From Desulfatiglandales bacterium (lineage in GTDB: Bacteria > Desulfobacterota > DSM-4660 > Desulfatiglandales > HGW-15), in the NCBI GenBank assembly GCA_963667015.2, contig CAXXJJ010000004.1, forward strand, positions 2,432,001 through 2,496,000: DNA of 64,000 nt. The letters are read 5' to 3'. Below the pieces are notes generated by a model. That model saw nothing but the letters and a program-made list of their open reading frames with translations. It was not told where the DNA came from and made no database searches. Every line of letters begins with the position of its first letter. Position 1 is the first letter of the stretch. This document shows positions 19,462-30,408 of the stretch, piece by piece. Made by a program: the position numbers and the translations under genes.

Positions 19462-22400
19462 TCACACGGCATCTGCCAATTTTTTTATAGACTCAAGGTA
19501 TATGTTCGAATTGCTGAGATAAAAGGACAATGCCTTTGAAAAATTCTTGCCAACCAGACCATCTGCAAACAGCAGGGTTATATCACGTTCCATCAGGAGG
19601 ACATTCTGAAAGGTGATGAATATCCTGCGTTCTTCGCTGGAGATCCTTTTTAATTTTATCCTCAGAGCATGCCTTGCACGAGGCTGATACATCCAGAAAT
19701 AGAGCAGGTCAAGGGCGTTTATCATAAGTATCTTCTGCAGGGCACTGACTTCTTCACTTTTTATTTTTTCAAATCTTTTCGGTTCGTTGAGTAATTCCAT
19801 TACCTGGGACTCTGGAAATCGTATTTCAAGCAGAGAGTAGATGTAATAGAGCTGCGATAACTTTGTGCTGTAGTCACGCCACCTCATGTGCATATTCTGG
19901 TATCTGTCACCTATTCCCTCGATGACACCAGCCACACAATCCGAAGCAGCCTTTGAGATGATTGCGGCCCACTTCTGAAGTACATGGTCAATTCCTGCGA
20001 TTCCTACCATTGAAAGAATACCGCTTATTACGGCATTAAAAAAGATTGCAACAGGTATGGAAATGACACTTCGGAAAAAATTCCCGGCCACAATCCCGGT
20101 CGGAAAACCCCGGAATGCATTATGGCTGGACAGGTATATCCCGTTTATAATGGCCATGAATGTATAGAGCAATACCGGGTTTGTCGTGGTATTGATACCC
20201 AGCCATTGATCAAGGATAAGGGTCTTTACAAGGTAGTCAAGCAGGGGAACCGAAAACCCTGTATACAGGAGCGAGTCGGAGATGCGCTCCCACCTTATGA
20301 AATCATTCCACCTTATCAAACGTGATCGGCGCAGCCCGCCTCCGCCCAGCACTGACTGCAGGATGTTTCTCAGGCCGGTGATGGAAAACCAGATAACCGC
20401 TCCAAAGTATGCCAGGAACCACCATTCCTTGGTCAAAAGAAATGTAAGGAACGCCGGGATAAAACCGATGATTACCTTGAGAATATTCTTCAGGCCGGTG
20501 TTCAGGTATTTCCACGAAATATTTACAGTATCCTCTTTTGAAGAGGAAACATGGAGACTTAACCCGTTTGTAACTTCCCGCTGGATTCCGCCAAGGGTGG
20601 CAATATCACCTCTTCCATTTATAGAATAGGCCCTTATCATCCAGTCTGTTTCGCGCTTAAGGCCAAATTCTCTTAAAAACGGCACATGCCTTATCATCCG
20701 GTAGAAACTATTACCTAAAGCATTCCATGAAACCGCATGGGGGATATATTTTATCCGCTTTAACACATTAATTTTCCCAGGGATAATTTCATAGGACATT
20801 TCATATTGTTTTCTTATTTCCTTCTGCGCACGCTGGGGGAGTGTCTCGATTACAGCCAGTCCCATACCGTGGAACCGGGGTGAACGTCCTGTGGAATCAC
20901 TTCCTATCCTCGATTTTAAAGGAACACGTTTATAATAATCTTTCAGAATGGCTATATCGTGAAGCACATCATTCAAACGTGCTGTTCTCTCCAGCCTGTC
21001 CGAATAGTCGGAAGCTTCAACCCGGCTTATGATGCTGCGGATAAGTCGTTTCAGTTCAATGACATTACCCTGGTTGAGCGCGTTTTGAAGCTCATTGATC
21101 TCCGCAATATGCCCGGTTAAACCAAGGGTATGATCCTTGAGATTAAATATCTCCAGGCAGGTCACATGCCCTTCACAGTCATAAAGGATTTCAAGCACAT
21201 CTTCTGCCTTTAAATTGCTGAGATTCAGTGTAATCCTGTATGATGAGCGGAGTGTTATAAGTTTTTCAATAAGCGCAAGAGGGGAAAGTGTCAGCAGAAA
21301 GGGAATCTCATTATATTCTCCCGGTATACGGAGGTTGGGGATATCAGGGTTTTTTTCATGTATTAAGTATTTTTCCAGTATTTTTTCATGATCAAACAAA
21401 TTCATCGCATTGACTTTACTCTCAATAATCCTTCGCTCTTCTTTCGATGCACCTGTGTAGATTTTTCGAAGTTCATCAATGTGGGAATTCATTACTGTAA
21501 GCATACTTGAATGAGCAAATTTTGCCAGATGGAACAACGATGCCTGCCCGGTGCCGACAAAGGCAAGGAACGCCTTTTCATCAAGAGGCGAAGGTTGAAA
21601 TCCATACTCCTTTTCGATTTCAAACCTGTGCCGGTCATTAAATTCCTTTAATATTGATATGACGATCTGCCCCTGGTATTCGGATACTTTTTTTCCTTCA
21701 GCCATGATGGTTCTGACTGGTTCTTCTTCAAGAAAGATAAGAAAATCCTGTGTGTCGGCAAATCCCCTGGGTGTCCATATCATCTGGATATAGCGATCCC
21801 TGAACCGTGCATTAAATTCGATTCCGATCTCCAGCTTGATCCCCATTATCTTAGCGGCTTCCAATAGTTCCATTGCGAATTTTGGTTCAAGGTGGTTATA
21901 GTAGACTACCTTTATCCTGCGTATTCCTTTTATCCATGCATCCATTATCAGGTGGCTGGAAGACTTTCGCCCCTTTGTATTGGCATCATGCACATGGTCA
22001 TCAAAGGTTACCTGGTTCCATTCTTCAGGCATCTCGAGAAGATGATATTTTTTCATCTGTTTGCGTATATTTACGGGTTTGCCTGTAGTACACGTCCTGA
22101 AGTCATGTGCGAGTTTGAGCTGAAGAATATGATTCCCATGAGCACGCACAAGTTCTTTCATAATCTGCATGAGTACCCTTGCTGTGTTTTTGGGCATCGA
22201 TCCTTCAGCTGTATTCAAAAGCTCATCCCGGATAGACCGCAGGGCATTCAGTCGGTCTTCAACTCCCTCCGCCTCCAGGTATTCAAGGAGGTGAACAACC
22301 GCGTAGGCTATCCTCAGACCTCTGGATTCAGCCATTTCCTTTATTCCGTGAGGATGGAGATAGGGATATATGGTTTTTTTAGTATGTTTTCGAGACTGAT

Positions 22401-22482
22401 CACGTGTCAGGACATCATTTACAATGCTCAACAGCATGTAGTCCCTTTTGTCGAAAAGAAATCCTGGTATTTTTTTGCCCAA
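19462..22482 (-). CDS. Large conserved hypothetical protein with PHP-like metal-binding motifs and a C-terminal membrane domain
   Basis: DDHVHD, IGIEF and IGSDS motifs; several hydrophobic helices in the C-terminal third. Confidence 0.7.
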   Translation of the reverse strand: MGKKIPGFLFDKRDYMLLSIVNDVLTRDQSRKHTKKTIYPYLHPHGIKEMAESRGLRIAYAVVHLLEYLEAEGVEDRLNALRSIRDELLNTAEGSMPKNTARVLMQIMKELVRAHGNHILQLKLAHDFRTCTTGKPVNIRKQMKKYHLLEMPEEWNQVTFDDHVHDANTKGRKSSSHLIMDAWIKGIRRIKVVYYNHLEPKFAMELLEAAKIMGIKLEIGIEFNARFRDRYIQMIWTPRGFADTQDFLIFLEEEPVRTIMAEGKKVSEYQGQIVISILKEFNDRHRFEIEKEYGFQPSPLDEKAFLAFVGTGQASLFHLAKFAHSSMLTVMNSHIDELRKIYTGASKEERRIIESKVNAMNLFDHEKILEKYLIHEKNPDIPNLRIPGEYNEIPFLLTLSPLALIEKLITLRSSYRITLNLSNLKAEDVLEILYDCEGHVTCLEIFNLKDHTLGLTGHIAEINELQNALNQGNVIELKRLIRSIISRVEASDYSDRLERTARLNDVLHDIAILKDYYKRVPLKSRIGSDSTGRSPRFHGMGLAVIETLPQRAQKEIRKQYEMSYEIIPGKINVLKRIKYIPHAVSWNALGNSFYRMIRHVPFLREFGLKRETDWMIRAYSINGRGDIATLGGIQREVTNGLSLHVSSSKEDTVNISWKYLNTGLKNILKVIIGFIPAFLTFLLTKEWWFLAYFGAVIWFSITGLRNILQSVLGGGGLRRSRLIRWNDFIRWERISDSLLYTGFSVPLLDYLVKTLILDQWLGINTTTNPVLLYTFMAIINGIYLSSHNAFRGFPTGIVAGNFFRSVISIPVAIFFNAVISGILSMVGIAGIDHVLQKWAAIISKAASDCVAGVIEGIGDRYQNMHMRWRDYSTKLSQLYYIYSLLEIRFPESQVMELLNEPKRFEKIKSEEVSALQKILMINALDLLYFWMYQPRARHALRIKLKRISSEERRIFITFQNVLLMERDITLLFADGLVGKNFSKALSFYLSNSNIYLESIKKLADAV

Positions 22483-23109
22483 CAGGCACCTCTATTCAGG
22501 TAAGTAAAATAATTCCTTTGCCCTGCAATCTGGTTCTATATCTATAACATATTGATATCTTACAGATACTCCTCTTTTATTGTCAATACAGATATGTATA
22601 TTAACTTATATAAGGAACGGTTCAGGGTATTATTCGATTCTTTGTCAGCGCTTATTAAAAATAGCCATGGCAGCCTTCCTGCGGAATGCCTTTTGAAGAC
22701 AATAACTGCAATGGATACGGGCTTCATATGGAAAGTATTGCCCTATTATGTGAAATGCGGATATGAAAGAGATGAATCAAACCGGCTTATACCGGATAAA
22801 CATGGCAAACCCTTTCGTCTCTGGAGGCCGCGGCTTGACCCGGATTTGAATGACGGCAGTGGTAAGCGATACCTTTGCAGGAAACTATGAGAGCCAGGTG
22901 AGGTAAGATAAAAGCTGATGGTTGTCCTTCCCCAGGCACTTTTTGCAATCTTCATGATCCTCTATTTCAAGTTTAAGTCAGTAAGTACAACCAGCCTTAT
23001 TTTCAAAGGAAGATCCGGAGAAATATCTGGATAAGATAAAATAATCTTATCTTACGGGACGTATTTCAAAAGATTATTCGCGCTATTCTCTTGAGGTATG
23101 TCCATGTTT

Positions 23110-23667
23110 TCATGCTTTGACAGAGTCCCCTGCCCATGCATCCAGTTTATCCATAATTGCATCATAGGTTTTCATTGAAATTTCAGGCAGAGTCCCGCCC
23201 AAAGCACCCGAAGCCTCCTGAAAACCTTTTTCAATACTTGCCTTGATCTCTTCAAGCCTGCCAGGATCATTACCGCTGATTGACATGGCAAACTGAAGGA
23301 TTCGATCGGATGTCTGCTCTATACCAAAGTAGCCATCGTCCGAAATAAGTTCACGTGCCTTCTCAGGTGTGATATCCCCGAAATTCACGGGCTCACCTTC
23401 AGTATCAATCCGCACCATTATCCCCTGCTCTTCAAAAATCTTCATAAGCATTGTCTGCAAAGGTTCAAAATCCAACTCTATTATTGGCGAATTCCGGGAG
23501 ATACCATAGGTTAATATCTCCTTTTGATTTGCCCCCAGGGTTATCCTGTCGGACACAGGGTCTTCAGGACCTTGCATAGAAGGCTGTTTTTTTTGCCTTT
23601 GAGACCGGACCTTCTGGCTTTCAAGGGTCTTAAACATATCTGAGTTGTCTATCCTGTTTATCATCAT
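23110..23667 (-). CDS. Hypothetical protein (possibly DUF5610-like)
   Basis: GGAGGAG RBS; GYFGIEQTSDRILQFA, KGFQEA, LPEISMKTYD. Confidence 0.6.
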   Translation of the reverse strand: MMINRIDNSDMFKTLESQKVRSQRQKKQPSMQGPEDPVSDRITLGANQKEILTYGISRNSPIIELDFEPLQTMLMKIFEEQGIMVRIDTEGEPVNFGDITPEKARELISDDGYFGIEQTSDRILQFAMSISGNDPGRLEEIKASIEKGFQEASGALGGTLPEISMKTYDAIMDKLDAWAGDSVKA

Positions 23668-23968
23668 CTCCTCCTGCAGGAATTAAAAAAGAATACATCC
23701 TCTCTCAAATACATTCAATGGATTTAGGGGCTAATTTTATCATTTTATCTATTTTAATAAAAGCTTATCTTTTTTAATCTTTCAGTCTGTAGCATTTCAT
23801 TGCCAATCAATCCTGCGACAATGCCTGAACTTGACCGGCTCCTGTGGATATTGAATTTCATAAAAGATTATGCCATGTTCAGGTTTCAGGCCTGCACAAT
23901 TTACCACTATGATAATATAATGTAATTTCAAATAGTTAACTCAGATATTAAATATATTAACTTGATAA

Positions 23969-23984
23969 TGGAATACACCTTGCA
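23969..23984 (+). promoter_or_regulatory. Sigma54 -24/-12 promoter candidate
   Basis: TGGAATACACCTTGCA (GG-N10-GC) about 55 bp upstream of 24039. Confidence 0.5.
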
Positions 23985-24038
23985 GTAAAATTAAACAGGA
24001 TATTTTTCAAAATATAATTTTTTAAGGAGGGCATTATT

Positions 24039-24365
24039 ATGTCAAACAAGAATCTAATTTTTATTTTTGGTACAGCTTTGTTTTTAGCTTTCTCTGTCAC
24101 AGCTTTGATGACAGGGTGCAGTACAACGGCAGCTCATATGACAACATCTCAATCTGACAGTGCTCAAAAAATGGATCTTGAAACAGCAAAAGCCAAGATG
24201 AAGATGTATATGGACATAAATTCTCAGGGAGGATACGAACTCAAGAAATATACAGAGGATGATTTACATTTCAGAGCAGATGTTTTAAGTCCTGAAGGTA
24301 CTTTACAGAACGAGATTGTTGTCAATAAGAAAACCGGGGCGGTCTATTTCACAAAGAAAAAATAA
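24039..24365 (+). CDS. Putative lipoprotein (PepSY-like C-terminus)
   Basis: AAGGAGG RBS; signal peptide with MTGC lipobox; EIVVNKKTG. Confidence 0.7.
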   Translation: MSNKNLIFIFGTALFLAFSVTALMTGCSTTAAHMTTSQSDSAQKMDLETAKAKMKMYMDINSQGGYELKKYTEDDLHFRADVLSPEGTLQNEIVVNKKTGAVYFTKKK

Positions 24366-24634
24366 GAACAGTTGGAATGTAAAAACGAAAATCTTCGTCT
24401 CCTGGCCTATAAAAAGTCTCAAAATATATGTCAGGAAACGGAGATTTTTTAATATATTTCCATGTATTTACTATTAATTTTTTCAGTTTGGATTGTACCC
24501 GCACAGCAATTTCTCCAGGGTTTTCATTGGTTACTGCCTGCATGGATGCAGCAGGGTCAACAGCTGCTGCCTCAATATTGCCATCGACTCTTTGCTGAAA
24601 AATTACATTAAAAGGAATGTACCTCTGAAATAGC

Positions 24635-26872
24635 CTATAATTTTTTTCTTGAAAGCCGCAGACTGTTCATAACTACCGTAACGCTCGAAAGGGCCATTGC
24701 TCCTGCAGCCATGGCCGGGTGCAGATCCCTTATCACAGCGGGAATGCTGGATACGGTATGGAGTACACCTGCAGCAAGTGGCACAAGGGCGACATTATAG
24801 AAGAACGCCCAGAAAAGGTTCTGTTTTATTGTCCTCATTGTCGCACGGGACAGCTTTACAGAACGCACCACACCCGACAGTTCACCTCCCACCAGGGTAA
24901 TATCGCTTGTTTCCATAGCTACATCCGTGCCGCTACCAATGGCAATACCCACATCGGCCCTGGCAAGTGCCGGGGCATCATTGATCCCGTCACCCACCAT
25001 GGCTACAACTTGTCCATCATCATGGGCCTTTCTAACGATTTCTTCCTTGCGTTCCGGTAATATCCCGGCAACCACCTTTTCAATTCCCACCTTTAGGGCG
25101 ATTGCATCGGCAGCCTCCTGGTTATCTCCGGTAAGCATTACAGGTGTTATACCCATCGCCTTAAGTTCGCTGACAGCTCCCCGGGATTCCTCCTTTTCCT
25201 CATCAGATACAGCGATTACACCCGATACCTCTCCATCCACCTCCACAAGCATTACGGTCTTTCCCAGTGAGGACAGATCATGAACTGTATCTGAAACATC
25301 TGCCGGCAACTGTTTGTCTGTTTCAAACCAGGAAGGCTTGCCTACACGCACTTTATGCCCCGAAACCCTGGCCTCCAGCCCGAAACCGCTGACAGCGCGA
25401 AATTCCTCCGGTTTTATAAGTGACAGGCCTCTCTCTTTTACACCGTCTACAACTGCCTTTGCTATGGGGTGTTCACTGCCTGTTTCTGCACTTGCGGCGA
25501 GAAGAAGTGCTTTATCTTCATCACTTCCCAGGGGCACCCAATCGCTGAGAACCGGTTTTCCCTTTGTTATTGTCCCAGTCTTATCAAACATGATGGTTTT
25601 AAGCCTGTGCGCGGTTTCAAGGGATTCACTGTTTTTAAACAATATCCCCATGCCTGCGCCCTTTCCTGTCCCCACCATAATGGCCGTGGGTGTTGCAAGC
25701 CCGAGTGCACAGGGGCATGCAATAACCAGAACAGCAACCATGCGGATCATGGCAGGTACAAACTCCCCTGTAACCGACCACCATATTCCCATTGTAACCA
25801 TGGCGATTAAAATAATCACAGGTACAAAAACGGCAGCAACCCTGTCTGCAAGTCGCTGGATAGGTGCCTTTGAACCCTGAGCCTGTCGAACCAGCCTGAT
25901 TATCTGTGCAAGGGCAGTATCTGATCCAACCCCGGTAGCCCTGATGCTTAGGAGTCCCTCCTGGTTGGTTGTAGCCCCGAAAACCCCGCTTCCTTCGGTT
26001 TTGTCAACAGGTATGGATTCACCGGTAAGCATGCTCTCATCAATGGAAGAATGGCCTGATATAACCACTCCATCAACAGGAATATACTCACCGGGCCGTA
26101 CAAGCACTGTCTGACCGGGTCTTACCTTATCAACAGGCACCTCAAGTATCTCACCATCCTCCTGTTCCACATGAGCCACCTTTGGTGCAAGATCCATAAG
26201 CTTTCTTATGGCAGAGGACGCCTGCCCCTTGGCCTTTGCTTCAAGAAGTTTTCCCAGTTTTATCAATGTAATGATAAGGGCCGATGTTTCAAAATAGACA
26301 TGGCTTCCCAGATGAGGCAGAAGAAGCACTGCCAGTGAGTAAAAAAAGGCAACAGATGATCCCAGGGCAACAAGAACATCCATATTGGCGGAACCCGACC
26401 TTATACTCTTCCATCCGCCTGTGTAGAATCCCCAACCCGTATAAAACTGAACCGGGGCTGCCAGAATAAGGAAGAGCCAGTTCACCCAGACAGCATGGGA
26501 CCATTCACCTAAAAGGAAAAAATCTCTGCCCATACTCAAAAAAAACAAAGGCAAGGTAAATATGAGACCAACAATGAAAAAACGTTTCTGGCTCATTAGT
26601 TCTTGCGCTCGTGCCTTCTGTTCCTCATCATCTCCGGCATTTTCTTCATCCGCAGGCAGAATAAGCTGATATCCTGCCTTTTTTACTATGTCAGCCATTT
26701 CCGCGGGAGTTACAGTCTCAGGATCAAAATCAATGGTAACCCTTTCTGTACCGAAATTTACAACAGCATCGTTAACACCCGGTACTTTTTTCTTAAGGGT
26801 TCTTTCAACTGTAGCTGCGCAATTGGCACAAGTCATACCTGTTACAGGGAGCTCTATTTTCCTATCCGCCAT
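24635..26872 (-). CDS. copA: Copper-translocating P1B-type ATPase
   Basis: GMTCANC HMA domain, [31 protein letters not shown] and MALSS motifs. Confidence 0.95.
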   Translation of the reverse strand: MADRKIELPVTGMTCANCAATVERTLKKKVPGVNDAVVNFGTERVTIDFDPETVTPAEMADIVKKAGYQLILPADEENAGDDEEQKARAQELMSQKRFFIVGLIFTLPLFFLSMGRDFFLLGEWSHAVWVNWLFLILAAPVQFYTGWGFYTGGWKSIRSGSANMDVLVALGSSVAFFYSLAVLLLPHLGSHVYFETSALIITLIKLGKLLEAKAKGQASSAIRKLMDLAPKVAHVEQEDGEILEVPVDKVRPGQTVLVRPGEYIPVDGVVISGHSSIDESMLTGESIPVDKTEGSGVFGATTNQEGLLSIRATGVGSDTALAQIIRLVRQAQGSKAPIQRLADRVAAVFVPVIILIAMVTMGIWWSVTGEFVPAMIRMVAVLVIACPCALGLATPTAIMVGTGKGAGMGILFKNSESLETAHRLKTIMFDKTGTITKGKPVLSDWVPLGSDEDKALLLAASAETGSEHPIAKAVVDGVKERGLSLIKPEEFRAVSGFGLEARVSGHKVRVGKPSWFETDKQLPADVSDTVHDLSSLGKTVMLVEVDGEVSGVIAVSDEEKEESRGAVSELKAMGITPVMLTGDNQEAADAIALKVGIEKVVAGILPERKEEIVRKAHDDGQVVAMVGDGINDAPALARADVGIAIGSGTDVAMETSDITLVGGELSGVVRSVKLSRATMRTIKQNLFWAFFYNVALVPLAAGVLHTVSSIPAVIRDLHPAMAAGAMALSSVTVVMNSLRLSRKKL

Positions 26873-26884
26873 TTTTTCTCCTTA

Positions 26885-27168
26885 TCAGTGGCAACAGTGC
26901 GGACCATCTTTACCAAAATCTTTTTCATTGATTTTGGCCATCCGGTCCAGATACTTTCCAAACCAGACCTTCTTCTTTGCCGGTTCAGGTTTTAAATACT
27001 TCTCCGGATCCGCTTCAAAGGATTTAAGACAATCTTCGGCACAGAAGTAATATTTGAACCTCTATGAATCGAGATCAATTTTTTATTTTCCGGATCGACC
27101 CTCATTCCGCATACAGGGTCGATGATTTTCCCCTTTGAATCTTTATAAATAATTATCGACTCTTACAT
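26885..27168 (-). pseudogene. YHS-domain protein, disrupted (stop at codon 2 and frameshift near 27057)
   Basis: The minus strand reads M*ESIII...IDPVCGMRVDP...HRG, then after a shift KYYFCAEDCLKSFEADPEKYL...HCCH*. Directly upstream of copA. Confidence 0.75.
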
Positions 27169-27448
27169 AGTTAACACCTTCTTTAAATGCAAAGGGCAGT
27201 ATATAAAACAAATTTACAGTTTATCATAAGCTGCTTTATCTTATTAAAATATAAGGCTTACACTTTATTTATTTGTGAGGGATTCGAGTCCTGTTAGCCC
27301 TACCCAAATATACATAACCCCTTGACTTTACATAGTAGAGTCAAGGGGTTATTACTTTGATTTGCAGTTATTTTCGTTTATTTTAGTACCAGTACAGCAA
27401 AAAAAGGGCTAACACTAAAATGTTAACCCATTGTAAATTGCACTTTGA

Positions 27449-27493
27449 TGGCGCGCCCGGAAAGATTCGAACCCCCGACCTTTGGATTGGAAG
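27449..27493 (-). repeat. att site: partial duplication of the tRNA-Arg(TCT) 3' half
   Basis: TGGCGCGCCCGGAAAGATTCGAACCCCCGACCTTTGGATTGGAAG matches 50519-50563 with 4 mismatches in 45 nt. Confidence 0.85.
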
Positions 27494-27592
27494 AGTCTGA
27501 ATTAAAAAACCGGTTTTTACCGTAATTTTAGCATGTTGATTATAAAAAACTTGTCACGAATTGCTACTCTAAGAAATCATTCTTATTATTGT

Positions 27593-27649
27593 CTCAGTCC
27601 GTGTTTTCGGCACAGGGGGCCGATATCCTGACCGCTAGACGATGGGCCC
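27593..27649 (-). pseudogene. Degenerate tRNA-Glu-like remnant
   Basis: Minus strand reads GGGCCCATCGTCTAGCGGTCAGGATATCGGCC...GCCGAAAACACGG; anticodon arm, T-arm and 3' end are corrupted. Confidence 0.6.
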
Positions 27650-27721
27650 ATATAAAAAATCTGAAAACGCAAAACTGGTGCTGTCACCAAATTCACGTTC
27701 TCATATTAATAGAATTCTAAT

Positions 27722-27759
27722 TGGCTGGGGGACAAGGACTCGAACCTTGGATAACGGGG
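27722..27759 (-). pseudogene. tRNA-Gln-like 3' half fragment
   Basis: Minus strand reads ...CCAAGGTTCGAGTCCTTGTCCCCCAGCCA (T-arm, acceptor strand, CCA); the 5' half is absent. Confidence 0.6.
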
Positions 27760-27762
27760 TAT

Positions 27763-28944
27763 TTATAAACCGGCACATCTACTTATAGTACTAAACCAAC
27801 TTTTCCAGCTTAATACATTACCGGCAGACCTTTCATAGTTTTTTGAGCCACCATATACAAGAAACCTGTTTTCTTCGGGAATATTACTGATCTTTCCAAA
27901 AAAGTTTAAACCCTTGAAAAAATCCTGATTTATCGTTTCTCCTGATTTTATTTCTATTACATTTAGTTTATCACCATCCTCCAGTAATAAGTCAACCTCA
28001 TGTCCTGTATTATCTCTCCAGAAAAATGCGTTTGATGAAAAGCCCTGATGGTAACGCATTTTAATATACTCAGAGATTATGAATGATTCAAATATACTGC
28101 CGCGTAAATAATGTGTTCCCAATTGCTCCGAATCTTTAATATCAAGTATAGAGCACAACAGTCCTGTGTCGTAAAAATATAATTTTGGCTGTTTTACAAT
28201 ACGTTTGTTAAAATTTTTATGATATGGCCTCAATAGAAAAACTATAAAACTTGCCTCAAGAATTGCTATCCACTCTCCGACAGTCTTGTAATTAATACTA
28301 AGCTCATTTCCAAGTCCCGATAAATTAAGAAGCTGTCCTGTTCTTCCGGCACATAATTTAACAAACCTCCGGAAGGTACTCAGGTTTCCAATATTTTTTA
28401 TACTTCGTACATCACGCTCAATATAGGTCTGAATATAGGAAGGATAATAATCCTGTGGTGATATTTCTCTGTCATAAATAGCAGGATAAGCTCCGGTAAA
28501 TAACACTTCATCGAGGTCTCTTCCGGCAGCTTTCGCCTTTAATACTTCAGGATATTCAAATGGCAATAAGTGCAGAACCGCCACTCTGCCTGCCAGTGAT
28601 TGAGTAATTTTTTCAAGAAGCAGAAAATTTTGAGATCCTGTAAGAATAAATTTCCCCATTTGTTTAGACTCATCAACAATTCCCTGCAGATAGGAAAACA
28701 CCTCGGGAAGTTTCTGGGCCTCATCAATAATTACACCCTTTGATTGGAAAGATTTTAAAAACCGGAGAGGATCTTCCTGCACATAACTCAAATCATTTAA
28801 ATTTTCCAGATTAATATATTCATATTTGGGGAACAGGCTGCGTACAAGCGTTGTTTTGCCGGATTGCCGGGGACCTGTTAATGTTACCACTGGAAAAACA
28901 TCAGCCATGGATAGTAATTTTTTTCCAAGAGTTCTTTTTATCAT
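27763..28944 (-). CDS. AAA_14 ATPase plus DUF4143 domain protein
   Basis: GPRQSGKTT, IIDEAQ, ILTGSQ, SLAGR, KLYFYDTG, EVDLL...IEIKS. Confidence 0.9.
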   Translation of the reverse strand: MIKRTLGKKLLSMADVFPVVTLTGPRQSGKTTLVRSLFPKYEYINLENLNDLSYVQEDPLRFLKSFQSKGVIIDEAQKLPEVFSYLQGIVDESKQMGKFILTGSQNFLLLEKITQSLAGRVAVLHLLPFEYPEVLKAKAAGRDLDEVLFTGAYPAIYDREISPQDYYPSYIQTYIERDVRSIKNIGNLSTFRRFVKLCAGRTGQLLNLSGLGNELSINYKTVGEWIAILEASFIVFLLRPYHKNFNKRIVKQPKLYFYDTGLLCSILDIKDSEQLGTHYLRGSIFESFIISEYIKMRYHQGFSSNAFFWRDNTGHEVDLLLEDGDKLNVIEIKSGETINQDFFKGLNFFGKISNIPEENRFLVYGGSKNYERSAGNVLSWKSWFSTISRCAGL

Positions 28945-29291
28945 CTTGTTTTAGACCTTCACTAAATGGATTCACAACAATATATTTTTACAAATTAGGA
29001 TTGTCAATCCTATTTTGTAAAAATATATTGTTTGTATTAAATAAAAAAGGGATTACCTCAAAAAAGTAACCCCTTGACTCTACTGTGTAAATTCAATTAG
29101 TTACAGTGTATTTGGTAGTCCCAACGGGACTAATATATTAAATAGAACGAATGGTTTTAAAGGACTTATGAGATTTCTTCGAAATGCATATCTCTCTATG
29201 GCCGAACCAGGGAACGTACTAACTAAAGATGATTTTCTATCGATCTTTAATAAAATAAATCTAAAGGATAATTTTTTTACTACAGATAATA

Positions 29292-30408
29292 TTAACCCGG
29301 CAATTAAATAGGAGACTATCAAGCAGCATAAGCAATCTTAGGGTGTTTAAAATATTTTTTAACACGTCCAGGTAGTTTTTGAAGCTTTCTCAAATGAGAA
29401 ATAGCTTTTTGCTTGAGTTCTTTTTTTGTTCTGGCTGGAATACCAGAATGTACACCGACCTTTAGGTCGCAGTTTAGGTATTCATCAGGATTTAATTCCG
29501 GTGAATATGATGGAAGAAAGAACAACTCAATTTTGTCTTCATGTTCTTTCAGCCAGTCTTTGACAATATAGCTATGATGGACTTTCAAATTATCTACAAT
29601 CAAAAAGATTTTTTTATCAGCATCTTTGATCAATCGTTCCATGAATTTGATCATCGTTTGGGAATTCATCTTGTTTTTATAAACCATAAAACGAACTTTA
29701 CCTTGATTGGTGACAGAGGAAATCAGGTTGACGCGCTGGCACCTGGGATGAAGCCTAATCGCCGGTGTTTCACCACGAGGAGCGTAACTTCTTCCATGGT
29801 AACTGTCGTTACACAATCCAGTCTCATCCCCCCAATGAATTTCCGCGGTCTCTTTTTTTGCACGTTTGGAAATATCCGAGTATTCTGTCTCCAACCAAGC
29901 TTTGACTGCTTTTGGATTTTGTTTATAGGCTTTCTTCAGTGGTTTTTGTGGAGTAAAATTCCATCTGTTCAGATACTCGCCAACAGTTCTGATCGGCATA
30001 TCTATATTCCACAATTGTTTGATGAGTTGCTGTACGGCAATGCGTGTCCACAAAGCAAATGGTAATTTCATTTGGTCAGGGCATTTGTCTTGTATAGCTT
30101 TTTGCAATTCTTTTTCCTGATCAGGTGTCAACGTGCGGCAACTGCCCTTTGGACGGCCACGCTTTTTAATTTTAAGGGCTTTATTACCTTCTTTTTGATA
30201 AAGAGCCCACCATGTACTGCAAATGGATCGGCTCACTCCTGTAATGGCACTAATCTCATTATGCGTTCGTCCCTGTTTTCGGAGTCGAATGACTTGATTA
30301 CGAATTTGTTGTTGGGCATCAGTGCTGAGTTTCCTTGCGTCTATTTTTTCCATGATCGTGTTATAACAAAATACGATCCATTTGTTAAGTATTTTGTTGC
30401 CGGGTTAA
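29292..30408 (-). mobile_element. IS630 family insertion sequence (1117 bp)
   Basis: Terminal inverted repeats TTAACCCGGCAA and TTGCCGGGTTAA, flanked by duplicated TA (29290-29291, 30409-30410). Confidence 0.92.
29319..30353 (-). CDS. IS630 family DDE transposase
   Basis: N-terminal HTH; WGDETG, IVDNLKVH, LPSYSPELNPDE. Confidence 0.95.
   Translation of the reverse strand: MEKIDARKLSTDAQQQIRNQVIRLRKQGRTHNEISAITGVSRSICSTWWALYQKEGNKALKIKKRGRPKGSCRTLTPDQEKELQKAIQDKCPDQMKLPFALWTRIAVQQLIKQLWNIDMPIRTVGEYLNRWNFTPQKPLKKAYKQNPKAVKAWLETEYSDISKRAKKETAEIHWGDETGLCNDSYHGRSYAPRGETPAIRLHPRCQRVNLISSVTNQGKVRFMVYKNKMNSQTMIKFMERLIKDADKKIFLIVDNLKVHHSYIVKDWLKEHEDKIELFFLPSYSPELNPDEYLNCDLKVGVHSGIPARTKKELKQKAISHLRKLQKLPGRVKKYFKHPKIAYAA

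Noticed and set aside
22552..22955. Overlapping short ORFs 22552-22890 (+) and 22746-22955 (-)
   Set aside because: No convincing motif; possibly decayed gene debris, but I cannot support a call.
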